Positions 56,032 to 64,000 of a stretch of 64,000 nucleotides of DNA are shown in pieces (position 1 is the first letter of the stretch; each line of letters opens with the position of its first letter). The DNA lies in the NCBI GenBank assembly GCA_046726415.1, contig JBKPAK010000096.1:27523-91522 (forward strand). Reading direction: 5' to 3'. Made by a program: the position numbers and the translations under genes. The DNA is from Candidatus Methylomirabilota bacterium (lineage in GTDB: Bacteria; Methylomirabilota; Methylomirabilia; Rokubacteriales; CSP1-6). The notes under the pieces are model-generated. The model was given only the letters and a program-made list of their open reading frames with translations, had not been told where the DNA came from and did not search any database.

Positions 56032-56942
56032 CGGGCGCCATTGGCATCATCGGCGGCAGCGGACTCTACGAGTTGCCGGGCCTCACCGACATGCGCTGGC
56101 GGCGGGTCCGCACCCCGTTTGGCGACCCATCGGATGAGTACTGCGTGGGCCAGCTCGGCGATCGGCCCGTCATCTTTCTTCCGCGGCATGGGCGCGGGCA
56201 TCGGCTGATGCCCAGCGAGCTGAACTTCCGCGCCAATATCTGGGGCCTGAAATCGCTGGGTGTGGAGTGTGTGCTCTCCGTGTCGGCGGTGGGCAGCATG
56301 CACGAGGAGATCCATCCTCTCGACCTGGTGATCCCCGATCAGTTCTTCGACCACACCAAACGACGGGTGTCGACGTTCTTCGGTGACGGCATCGTGGCGC
56401 ACGTGGGCATGGCCGAGCCGGTGTGCGGCCAGGTGGCGGATGGGCTCGAGAAGGCCGCGCGGGAGACGGGAGCGACGGTCCATCGCGGCGGCACCTACCT
56501 CTGTATGGAGGGGCCCCAGTTCTCCACCAAGGGCGAGTCCCGGATCTACCGGCGCTGGGGCGTGGACGTGATCGGGATGACCAACATGCCGGAGGCCAAA
56601 CTGGCCCGGGAGGCGGAGCTATGCTACGCCACCCTCGCCCTGGTCACCGACTACGACGTGTGGCACGACACCCACGAGAGCGTCACCGTGGAGACGGTGG
56701 TGCAGAATCTTCAGAGGAATGTGGCCACGGCCAAAGACGTGATCCGGCGCGTGGTCCCCACGCTCCCCACCACGCGCACGTGCGAGTGCCCGACGCTCCT
56801 CAAGATGGCCGTTATCACCAATCCCTCGGCCTTCCCGCTTGCCGCGCGGCGGCGCCTCGATCTCCTGATCGGGAAGTACTTCCCCTCGGAACAGCGTGGG
56901 CGGGCCCCGCGGAAGGCCCGCCCGCGATCGCGTCGTGGGTGA
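56028..56942 (+). CDS. mtnP: S-methyl-5'-thioadenosine phosphorylase
   Basis: IIGGSGLY, TPFGDPS, RHGRGH, EGPQFST and VTDYD. Confidence 0.93.
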   Translation: MTGAIGIIGGSGLYELPGLTDMRWRRVRTPFGDPSDEYCVGQLGDRPVIFLPRHGRGHRLMPSELNFRANIWGLKSLGVECVLSVSAVGSMHEEIHPLDLVIPDQFFDHTKRRVSTFFGDGIVAHVGMAEPVCGQVADGLEKAARETGATVHRGGTYLCMEGPQFSTKGESRIYRRWGVDVIGMTNMPEAKLAREAELCYATLALVTDYDVWHDTHESVTVETVVQNLQRNVATAKDVIRRVVPTLPTTRTCECPTLLKMAVITNPSAFPLAARRRLDLLIGKYFPSEQRGRAPRKARPRSRRG

Positions 56943-57858
56943 CGTCCTCGTCGTCGGCTCGGTCGCCCTCGACTCGGTGGCGACGCCGTTCGGCAAGGTC
57001 GAGGACGCTCTCGGCGGCTCGGCCACCTACTTTTCGTACGCGGCCAGCTTCTTTGCCCCCGTGCGCCTGGTGGCCGCGGTGGGAGGCGACTTCCCGGAGG
57101 CGCACGTTCGATTGTTGCGAGACAGGGGCATCGACGTGGCCGGGCTCCAGCGAGACCCCGGCGGCCGCACGTTCCGCTGGGCGGGTGCCTACGGCTTCGA
57201 CCTGAACGAGGCGAAGACCCTGGATACGCAGCTCAACGTGTTCGCGACCTTCCAGCCTGAACTGCCCGACGACCTCCGCCGTGTGCCCTATCTGTTCCTG
57301 GCCAACATCGATCCGGATCTACAGCTCGGAGTGCTCAGCCAGATGGCGGCCCGTCCGCGGCTCGTGGCGCTCGACACGATGAACTTCTGGATCCAGGGCA
57401 AGCGCGACGCGCTGCGCCGTGTCCTGGCCGAGGTCGACGTCATCACCATCAACGACGCGGAAGCGCGGCAGCTGGCGGGCGAGCCAAATCTGATCAAAGC
57501 CGCCCGCGCCATCGCCGGCATGGGGCCGCGCGCCGTCGTGGTGAAGCGGGGGGAGTACGGCGCGCTGATGCTCACCGCGGACGCCTTCTTTGCCGCGCCG
57601 GCCTATCCATTGGAGAGCGTGTTCGACCCCACCGGTGCCGGCGACACCTTCGCCGGCGGTTTCATGGGCTACCTGGCCTCGCGGGACGCGACCGACCCCG
57701 CGACCATGCGGCGCGCCATCGTATACGGTTCTGTACTGGCCTCGTTCGCCGTTGAGGACTTCTCCCTGAACCGACTGGTCCGGCTCCAGCGGGAGGAGAT
57801 CACTGCGCGGGTGGCGGCCTTGCACGACTTGACGCGGGTCGACGACGCCAGTGGCTGA
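56935..57858 (+). CDS. PfkB-family carbohydrate/nucleoside kinase
   Basis: VGSVALD, GGSA, DTMNFWI and DPTGAGDTFAGG. Confidence 0.9.
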   Translation: MGDVLVVGSVALDSVATPFGKVEDALGGSATYFSYAASFFAPVRLVAAVGGDFPEAHVRLLRDRGIDVAGLQRDPGGRTFRWAGAYGFDLNEAKTLDTQLNVFATFQPELPDDLRRVPYLFLANIDPDLQLGVLSQMAARPRLVALDTMNFWIQGKRDALRRVLAEVDVITINDAEARQLAGEPNLIKAARAIAGMGPRAVVVKRGEYGALMLTADAFFAAPAYPLESVFDPTGAGDTFAGGFMGYLASRDATDPATMRRAIVYGSVLASFAVEDFSLNRLVRLQREEITARVAALHDLTRVDDASG

Positions 57859-57973
57859 GGCGAGCAGTCCCGGCGGCGGAGGCCGTTGACACGCCTGGAG
57901 CAGGCGGCTTACCCTCTGTGACGCTACGATCGCCCAGTGCCGCAAAACCTCGCAGGATTCTGGAGGACGAGCC

Positions 57974-58447
57974 GTGAAATTGCCAGTCAAGATGACCATC
58001 AACGGTCAGACCGTGAGTCACGAGGTCGAGCCACGACTGCTGCTGGTGCACTACATTCGCGAGACGGTCGGGCTCACCGGCACCCACGTCGGATGCGACA
58101 CCAGCCAGTGCGGCGCCTGCACGATCGAGATGAATGGGCAGGCCGTGAAAGCCTGCAACCTGTTCACCGTGCAGGCCGACGGCGCCACCATCACCACGAT
58201 CGAGGGGCTCGCCAAGAACGGCGACCTGCATCCCATCCAGCAAGGATTCTGGGAGAAGCACGGTCTGCAGTGTGGCTTCTGCACTCCCGGGATGATTCTG
58301 GCGGCCAAGCAGTTGCTTGAACGCTATCCCAAGCCTACGGAGGAGCAAATCCGCCACCAGCTCGAGGGCAACCTGTGCCGCTGCACCGGCTACCACAATA
58401 TCGTCAAGGCCATCCAATGGGCGGCTGAGCACATGGCCGCCAAGTAG
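57974..58447 (+). CDS. coxS: 2Fe-2S small subunit of a Mo-hydroxylase (CoxS-like)
   Basis: [18 protein letters not shown] and NLCRCTGY. Confidence 0.92.
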   Translation: MKLPVKMTINGQTVSHEVEPRLLLVHYIRETVGLTGTHVGCDTSQCGACTIEMNGQAVKACNLFTVQADGATITTIEGLAKNGDLHPIQQGFWEKHGLQCGFCTPGMILAAKQLLERYPKPTEEQIRHQLEGNLCRCTGYHNIVKAIQWAAEHMAAK

Positions 58448-58456
58448 GGGGACGCC

Positions 58457-60847
58457 ATGGCAACGGCGACGGTCTACGGCCAGGCCATCAAGCGCCGCGA
58501 AGACCCGCGCTTCATCACCGGGCGAGGGCAGTACGTCGACGACGTCAAGCTCACCGGGCTGACCTATGCCGCCTTCGTGCGGAGTCCGCACGCGCACGCG
58601 CGCATCCGCCGGATCGATGTCGCCCCCGCCAAGGCCCATGCTGGCGTGGTGGCTGTCTTCACCGGTACAGACATGGTCGGGGTCAACTCGTTGCCGTGCG
58701 GCTGGGATCTCCGAAGAGACAAGAACATCCCGGGGGTCGTTCAGGATCTGATCATGCCTCCACACATGCCGCTCGCCTCGGATGAGGCGCGACATGTCGG
58801 TGATCCCGTGGCGATCGTGATCGCCGACAGTCAGGCAGCGGCCCTCGATGCCGCCGAGAGAGTTATGGTCGACTGGGAACCGCTGCCCGCGGTCACCAGC
58901 ACCGAAGGGGCGACCCAGTCCGGTCAGCCCCTGGTGCATGCGTCGGTTCCCGGCAATGTGGCGTTCAAGTGGCAAATCGGCGATCGCACCGCTACCGAGG
59001 CGGCGTTCGCGGCGGCGCCGGTGAAGGTCAAGAAGCGGATCGTCAATCAGCGGCTGGTGGCCAACGCCATGGAGCCGCGGGCCTGCGTGGCCCGATTCGA
59101 CGAGGCGACCGGTGAGCTGACGTTGTGGGTGACTTCACAGAATCCCCACGTGCACCGGTTACTCATGGCCGCCTTCGTGCTGGGGATTCCCGAGCACAAG
59201 ATGCGGGTGATCGCACCGGACGTCGGCGGCGGCTTTGGTTCGAAGATCTTCGTCTACAACGAAGAGGTGGTCGTGTCATGGGCCGCCCGGCAGGTGAAGC
59301 GCCCGGTCCGCTGGACGGCCTCGCGTCGGGAAGCCTACCTGACCGACGCGCACGGTCGCGACCACGTGACCGACGCCGAGATCGCCCTGTCGAGGGATGG
59401 CAAGATCCTCGGCCTACGCGTCAAGACCACCGCCAACCTCGGCGCCTATCTGTCGACCTTTGCCCCCGCCATCCCGACCTTTCTGTACGGGACGCTCCTC
59501 AACGGCGTCTATGCCATCGGGGCCATCCACTGCGAGGTCACCGGCGTCTTCACCCACACCACGGCCGTCGATGCCTATCGCGGCGCCGGGCGGCCCGAGG
59601 CCGCGTACGTTCTGGAGCGGATGGTCGACGCCGGTGCCCTGGCTCTCAAGATGGACGTGGCGGAGATCCGGAAGAAGAACTTCATCCCGAAGTTCTCGGG
59701 CGCTTTTCAGACGTTGGTGGCGGTTGCCTACGACAGCGGGGACTACGCGGCGGCCTTCGACAAGCTCCTCGAGATCTTCGACTACCGGAAGTTCCGCGCG
59801 GAGCAAGTGGAAGCGCGCAAGCAAGGACGTCTACTCGGTGTGGGGTTCTCTACCTACATCGAGGCATGCTCGATCGCGCCCTCCAAAGTGGTCGGCGCGC
59901 TGGGGGCGGGCGCCGGCCTCTACGAGTCGGGTGTCGTGCGCGTCCATCCAACCGGGAAGGTGTCGGTCTTTACGGGGTCGCATTCCCACGGGCAGGGCCA
60001 CGAGACCACCTTCTCGCAGCTCGTCGCGTCGGAACTCGGCCTGCCCATGGACGATGTGGACATCATCCACGGCGACACCGGGGCGATCGCGTTCGGAATG
60101 GGGACCTACGGCAGCCGTTCGGCGTCCGTAGGCGGTACGGCTATCCTCATGTCCCTGAACAAGATCAAGGAGAAGAGCAAGAAAATCGCCGCCCATCTGC
60201 TCGAGGCCTCCCCGGCGGACATCGAGTTCAGCGGGGGTCAGTTCTCGGTGAAGGGCGCTCCGGGCAAGTCCATTGGCTTCGCCCAGGTCGCGCTCACCGC
60301 GTACGTGCCACACAACTATCCGGACGGCCTCGAGCCCGGACTCGACGAGACGAGCTTCTACGACCCCTCGAACTTCTGTTTCCCGTTCGGTGCGCACGCC
60401 TGCGTGGTGGAGGTCGAACCCGAGACGGGGCAGGTGAAGATCCGGCGCTACGTGGCCGTCGACGACGTGGGGAACGTGATCAATCCAATGATCGTGGATG
60501 GCATGGTGCACGGGGGCATCGCGCAAGGCGTGGGGCAAGCGCTGTGGGAAGGCGCTCGCTACGACGAGGACTCGGGTCAGCTCGTCACGGGCAGCATGAT
60601 GGACTACGCGCTGCCCAAGGCCGATCAGCTTCCGTCCTACGAGACGGCGCGGACGGTGACGCCGACACCCGTCAACCCGCTCGGCATCAAGGGCGCCGGC
60701 GAGACCGGGACCATCGCCGCCACGCCGGCCGTCGTCAACGCCGTGGTCGATGCCTTGTCAGGCATGGGAGTGGATCACATCGAGGCCATGCCGCTCACGC
60801 CCGAGCGGGTATGGAAGACCATCCAGGCCGCCAAGGCCGGTCGATAG
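58457..60847 (+). CDS. coxL: Form II CoxL-like molybdoprotein large subunit
   Basis: AYRGAGRPEA (form II motif), GGGFGSK, HGQGHET and KGAGETG. Confidence 0.88.
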   Translation: MATATVYGQAIKRREDPRFITGRGQYVDDVKLTGLTYAAFVRSPHAHARIRRIDVAPAKAHAGVVAVFTGTDMVGVNSLPCGWDLRRDKNIPGVVQDLIMPPHMPLASDEARHVGDPVAIVIADSQAAALDAAERVMVDWEPLPAVTSTEGATQSGQPLVHASVPGNVAFKWQIGDRTATEAAFAAAPVKVKKRIVNQRLVANAMEPRACVARFDEATGELTLWVTSQNPHVHRLLMAAFVLGIPEHKMRVIAPDVGGGFGSKIFVYNEEVVVSWAARQVKRPVRWTASRREAYLTDAHGRDHVTDAEIALSRDGKILGLRVKTTANLGAYLSTFAPAIPTFLYGTLLNGVYAIGAIHCEVTGVFTHTTAVDAYRGAGRPEAAYVLERMVDAGALALKMDVAEIRKKNFIPKFSGAFQTLVAVAYDSGDYAAAFDKLLEIFDYRKFRAEQVEARKQGRLLGVGFSTYIEACSIAPSKVVGALGAGAGLYESGVVRVHPTGKVSVFTGSHSHGQGHETTFSQLVASELGLPMDDVDIIHGDTGAIAFGMGTYGSRSASVGGTAILMSLNKIKEKSKKIAAHLLEASPADIEFSGGQFSVKGAPGKSIGFAQVALTAYVPHNYPDGLEPGLDETSFYDPSNFCFPFGAHACVVEVEPETGQVKIRRYVAVDDVGNVINPMIVDGMVHGGIAQGVGQALWEGARYDEDSGQLVTGSMMDYALPKADQLPSYETARTVTPTPVNPLGIKGAGETGTIAATPAVVNAVVDALSGMGVDHIEAMPLTPERVWKTIQAAKAGR

Positions 60848-60856
60848 GAGCTCGCC

Positions 60857-61729
60857 ATGTATCCAGCCGCGTTCGAGTACCACTCGCCCACCAGCCTTCA
60901 GGACGCTCTGGGTCTGCTGACCAGGCTTAAGGACGACGCCAAGCTTCTGGCGGGTGGGCACAGCCTGATCCCGATGATGAAGCTGCGGCTCGCTCAACCC
61001 AAGCACCTGATCGACCTGCGGAAGGTGCCCGGCCTGAGCGGCATCAAGGACGAGGGGAGTACTCTGGTCATCGGCGCCATGACCACGCACTACCAGGTGG
61101 AATCCTCGGCGCTCGTGAAGTCGAAGGGTCCGGTGCTATCTGAGGTAGGCGGAATTATCGGCGACCCCCAGGTTCGGAATCTCGGAACGGTCGGAGGCTC
61201 ACTGGCCCACGCCGACCCCGCCGCTGACTGGCCGGCCGCCATGATTGCCCTGGGCGCGGAGTTCGTGTGCCAGGGGCCCTCCGGACGCCGCACGGTGAAG
61301 GTGGACGATTGGTTCCAGGGCCTCATGGCCACCGCGGTCCGGGAAGACGAAATCCTCGTCGAGGTTCGCGTGCCCGTGTTGCCTGCCGGCAGTGGCGCCG
61401 CCTACATGAAGTTTCCCCATCCAGCTTCACGTTTTGCGGTGGTCGGCGTGTGTGCCGCCGTGACGTTGGACCCAAGGGGCGCGTGCACCAAGGCCGGCAT
61501 TGGCGTGACCGGGGCTGGCATCAAGGCGGTTCGCGCCAAGGGCGTGGAGGCTGGCCTCGTCGGCAAGACACTCGACGCGGCGACGATCGAGGCCGCGGCG
61601 CAGAAGGCGGCGGATGGCGTCGACGTCCAGGCCGACCTGCAGGGCTCCGTCGAGTACAAGGCGCACCTCTGCCGGGTCTTCGCCCGCCGCGCCATCGAAG
61701 CCGCTGTCAAGCGCGCTAAGGGGCAATAG
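60857..61729 (+). CDS. coxM: FAD-binding medium subunit (CoxM-like)
   Basis: LAGGHSLIP, QVRNLGTVGGS and ADPAAD. Confidence 0.9.
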   Translation: MYPAAFEYHSPTSLQDALGLLTRLKDDAKLLAGGHSLIPMMKLRLAQPKHLIDLRKVPGLSGIKDEGSTLVIGAMTTHYQVESSALVKSKGPVLSEVGGIIGDPQVRNLGTVGGSLAHADPAADWPAAMIALGAEFVCQGPSGRRTVKVDDWFQGLMATAVREDEILVEVRVPVLPAGSGAAYMKFPHPASRFAVVGVCAAVTLDPRGACTKAGIGVTGAGIKAVRAKGVEAGLVGKTLDAATIEAAAQKAADGVDVQADLQGSVEYKAHLCRVFARRAIEAAVKRAKGQ

Positions 61730-61753
61730 CGACCTCACGGCTACTATTGACAT

Positions 61754-61873
61754 GGAGGGGCGCGACGCCCCCTCCAAACCTCCCCGGTGCAGCCGTGAGC
61801 AACGACCCCCCTCCAAACCTCCCCGGTGCAGCCGTGAGCAACGACCCTCCTCCAAACCTCCCCGGTGCAGCCG
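61754..61873. repeat. REP-like hairpin followed by a 39-bp tandem repeat (about 2.7 units)
   Basis: Hairpin GGAGGGGCGCGACGCCCCCTCC; CTCCAAACCTCCCCGGTGCAGCCG occurs at 61772, 61811 and 61850. Confidence 0.9.
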
Positions 61874-61931
61874 CGGGCTACCCCCTCAGCCCTGCCAGGA
61901 CAGCCGTGCTCCCTCCGACCTCGCACAGCAC

Positions 61932-62501
61932 ATGATCGTGGGCTTGGTCCTGGCGGCTGGTCTGGCCCGACGCATGGGCCGTCAGAAGCTCCTCCTCGAC
62001 CTTCGCGGTAAGCCCGTCGTCCGGTGGAGCGTCGAATCCATACTGTCCCACGTCGACGACGTCGTGGTCGTGACCGGCCACGAGGCGGAGGGTGTCCAGG
62101 CAGCCCTGAGCGGGCTGCGCGTCCGCTTCGTCGAGAATCCCAATCCGGAGGCGGGGCAAGGCAGCTCCATCGCGGTCGGCGCCGCCGCGCTGCCCGGATC
62201 AGCGCGCGCCGTAGTCATCGCCCTGGGGGATCAGCCTCGGTTGCCTACCGATGTGGTCCCCGCGCTCGTGGAGACCTTTGCGCGAGGGGGCGCGGCGATC
62301 GTGGTGCCCGTCTATCGTGGGACGCAGGGAACTCCGGTTCTCTTCGGCACCGAGGTCTTTCCGGAGTTGCGCGCCCTGTCCGGGGATGGCGGGGCGCGAT
62401 CGGTCGTACGCGCTCGCCCCGACCGCGTCCGGGAGATCGCCTTCGAGCTGCCGATGCCCGACGACGTGGATACGCCGGAGGATTACGCGCGGCTCATGTA
62501 A
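61932..62501 (+). CDS. Molybdenum cofactor cytidylyltransferase-like nucleotidyltransferase (MocA-like)
   Basis: LAAGLARRMG..KLL, GQGSSI, LGDQP and DVDTPEDY. Confidence 0.87.
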   Translation: MIVGLVLAAGLARRMGRQKLLLDLRGKPVVRWSVESILSHVDDVVVVTGHEAEGVQAALSGLRVRFVENPNPEAGQGSSIAVGAAALPGSARAVVIALGDQPRLPTDVVPALVETFARGGAAIVVPVYRGTQGTPVLFGTEVFPELRALSGDGGARSVVRARPDRVREIAFELPMPDDVDTPEDYARLM

Positions 62502-62512
62502 AATCGGACGAT

Positions 62513-63403
62513 ATGCGCGACGAGATCAGGAAGATCCAGGATTCGATGGAGGGCGCCGAGTACGTCACCGATGCGCCCGTGGCGACCTCGGTGCATCTGG
62601 CCATGAGCTTGCGGAAGCCCCTGCTCATCGAGGGGCATGCGGGCGTCGGCAAGACCGAGGTCGCCAAGGTGATGGCGCGGATGCTGGGGACGAACCTCAT
62701 CCGGCTGCAGTGCTACGAAGGGCTCGACGCGGCCACCGCCCTCTATGAGTGGAACTATCAAAAGCAGCTCCTGCACATCAAGCTGAACGAGGGTGGTCAG
62801 CGCTCGGCCGGTGACACGGAGCACGAGATCTTTTCCGAGGACTTCCTGCTGCGGCGGCCCCTCCTCCAGGCCATCACCCAGAACGCGCAGTCGCCAGTGC
62901 TGCTGGTGGATGAGGTCGACCGCGCCGACGAGGAGTTCGAGGCCTTCATGCTGGAGGTCTTTTCGGACTGGCAGGTGACGATCCCGGAGATCGGCACCAT
63001 TCGCGCCACCCACCCCCCGCACGTCATCCTCACCTCCAACCGGACGCGAGAACTGTCCGATGCGCTGCGCCGCCGCTGCCTCTATCTCTGGATCGACTAC
63101 CCGAGCTTCGACAAAGAGCTGCGCATCGTGGAGCGGAAGGTGCCCGGCATCAACACCCGCCTGGCCGCTCAGGTCGCCCGGTTCATGGAGTCGCTGAGAA
63201 CCCTTCGACTGGCCAAAGTACCGGGAGTGGCGGAGACGCTGGACTGGGCCCAGGCGCTCGCCGGACTGCACGCCGACCATCTCGACGAAGAGCTCGTGGC
63301 CGAGACGCTGGGGTGCCTCCTCAAGGACGCCGACGACATTCGGCGGTTCAAGGCCGAGGTTTCCAAGAACGGACTGACGGCTCTTCTCTCCGTCCAGGGC
63401 TGA
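62513..63403 (+). CDS. MoxR-family AAA+ ATPase (CoxD-like)
   Basis: EGHAGVGKT, RLQCYEG, LVDEVD, SNRTRE and DALRRRC. Confidence 0.92.
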   Translation: MRDEIRKIQDSMEGAEYVTDAPVATSVHLAMSLRKPLLIEGHAGVGKTEVAKVMARMLGTNLIRLQCYEGLDAATALYEWNYQKQLLHIKLNEGGQRSAGDTEHEIFSEDFLLRRPLLQAITQNAQSPVLLVDEVDRADEEFEAFMLEVFSDWQVTIPEIGTIRATHPPHVILTSNRTRELSDALRRRCLYLWIDYPSFDKELRIVERKVPGINTRLAAQVARFMESLRTLRLAKVPGVAETLDWAQALAGLHADHLDEELVAETLGCLLKDADDIRRFKAEVSKNGLTALLSVQG

Positions 63404-64000
63404 TGCCCCCGAGGGACCTGGGGGCGGCCGTCGTGCGCTTCGGGGCCATGCTCCGTCAGCAGGGCCTACCCATCACCTTGATCCAGGTGACGGACGCCGT
63501 CCGCGCCCTCGATCACCTCGACGTCACCGATCGCGCAGAGCTGGCCCTCGGGCTGCGCAGCGTCCTCGTCGGTCGGCCCGAGGATTTTCCCGCCTTTGAC
63601 CGCTGCTTCGAATGGTTCTGGCGACTCCAAGGGGAGGACGAGCAGGCCCTGCCAGGGCTCCTCAGCATGTCTCCCGAGACAGGACAGGACGGAGGATCGA
63701 CGTCGGAGGGGACCACTCGGCAGGAGAGTCCATCCCTCGACGCATGGGGCGATGATCCGGGAGAGGATGGAGATGACCCCCTCGGCGTTCCCAGCGTCTC
63801 CGACCGCGACGCGGTGATGACCCGAGACTTCTCCACCTTCTCGGCGGATCAGCTCGACGAGGTGTTTCGGCTCACCGTGATGATTGCCCGCCGGCTGGCC
63901 CGGCGAATCAGCCGCCGTCGGCGTCCAATGCGGCGGAAGGGTCGGGTGGATCTGCGGCGGACCCTCCGGGCGAACCTGACCAAGGGCGACATCATCGACC
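63403..64000 (+). CDS. VWA-domain CoxE-like protein, truncated by the window end
   Basis: TGATG coupling to the MoxR gene; VVRFGAMLRQQGL, FDRCFEWFW, RDFS and GRVDLRRTLR; frame open to the window edge. Confidence 0.8.
   Translation, partial: MPPRDLGAAVVRFGAMLRQQGLPITLIQVTDAVRALDHLDVTDRAELALGLRSVLVGRPEDFPAFDRCFEWFWRLQGEDEQALPGLLSMSPETGQDGGSTSEGTTRQESPSLDAWGDDPGEDGDDPLGVPSVSDRDAVMTRDFSTFSADQLDEVFRLTVMIARRLARRISRRRRPMRRKGRVDLRRTLRANLTKGDIID

Noticed and set aside
58457-60847. True (form I) aerobic CO dehydrogenase
   Set aside because: It lacks the AYXCSFR Cu-binding motif and has S-L-M rather than M-S-L order.
61772-61873. Possible mini-CRISPR array (three 24-bp repeats)
   Set aside because: The spacers are only 15 bp and nearly identical to each other, and no cas genes are present. 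It is a tandem repeat.
62499-62504. TAAAAT as a leaderless -10 for the MoxR gene
   Set aside because: It coincides with the upstream TAA stop codon, so it may be coincidental; not counted.

Overview
A GC-rich (roughly 70% by eye), gene-dense bacterial chromosomal window with no rRNA, tRNA, CRISPR array, integrase or transposase that I can support. Gene content and the palindromic intergenic repeats resemble Candidatus Rokubacteria-type genomes; this is inference, not a database result. In order it holds: (1) a catabolic cluster with an enolase-family dehydratase, 2-hydroxyacid dehydrogenase, Liv-type ABC importer, orphan Mo-hydroxylase large subunit, RutE-like nitroreductase, LLM monooxygenase and MetE-like enzyme; (2) mutY/mutT, ygfZ and a radical-SAM/HhH DNA protein; (3) acyl-CoA synthetase and a TPP riboswitch-thiS-thiG-thiE operon; (4) tldD-tldE-tatD and uppP; (5) a decaying second tldD/tldE/transketolase operon behind moeA; (6) a TPR-PolB pair; (7) rlmN-mtaB-mtnP-pfkB; (8) a form II coxSLM-mocA-coxD-coxE cluster. 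The best finding is a gene the ORF track truncates: a signal-peptide-bearing rhodanese (38400-38822, minus strand). Its catalytic Cys codon is an in-frame UGA (VILY-U-TCPH), followed by a SECIS-like hairpin and an intact rhodanese C-terminus. It is therefore a candidate exported UxC selenoprotein, and it sits between TldD-like and TldE-like genes. Other patterns are many apparently leaderless genes (including an 18-bp bidirectional promoter), repeated short duplications of gene 3' ends, a REP-like palindrome family, and several pseudogenes collapsed by internal deletions.
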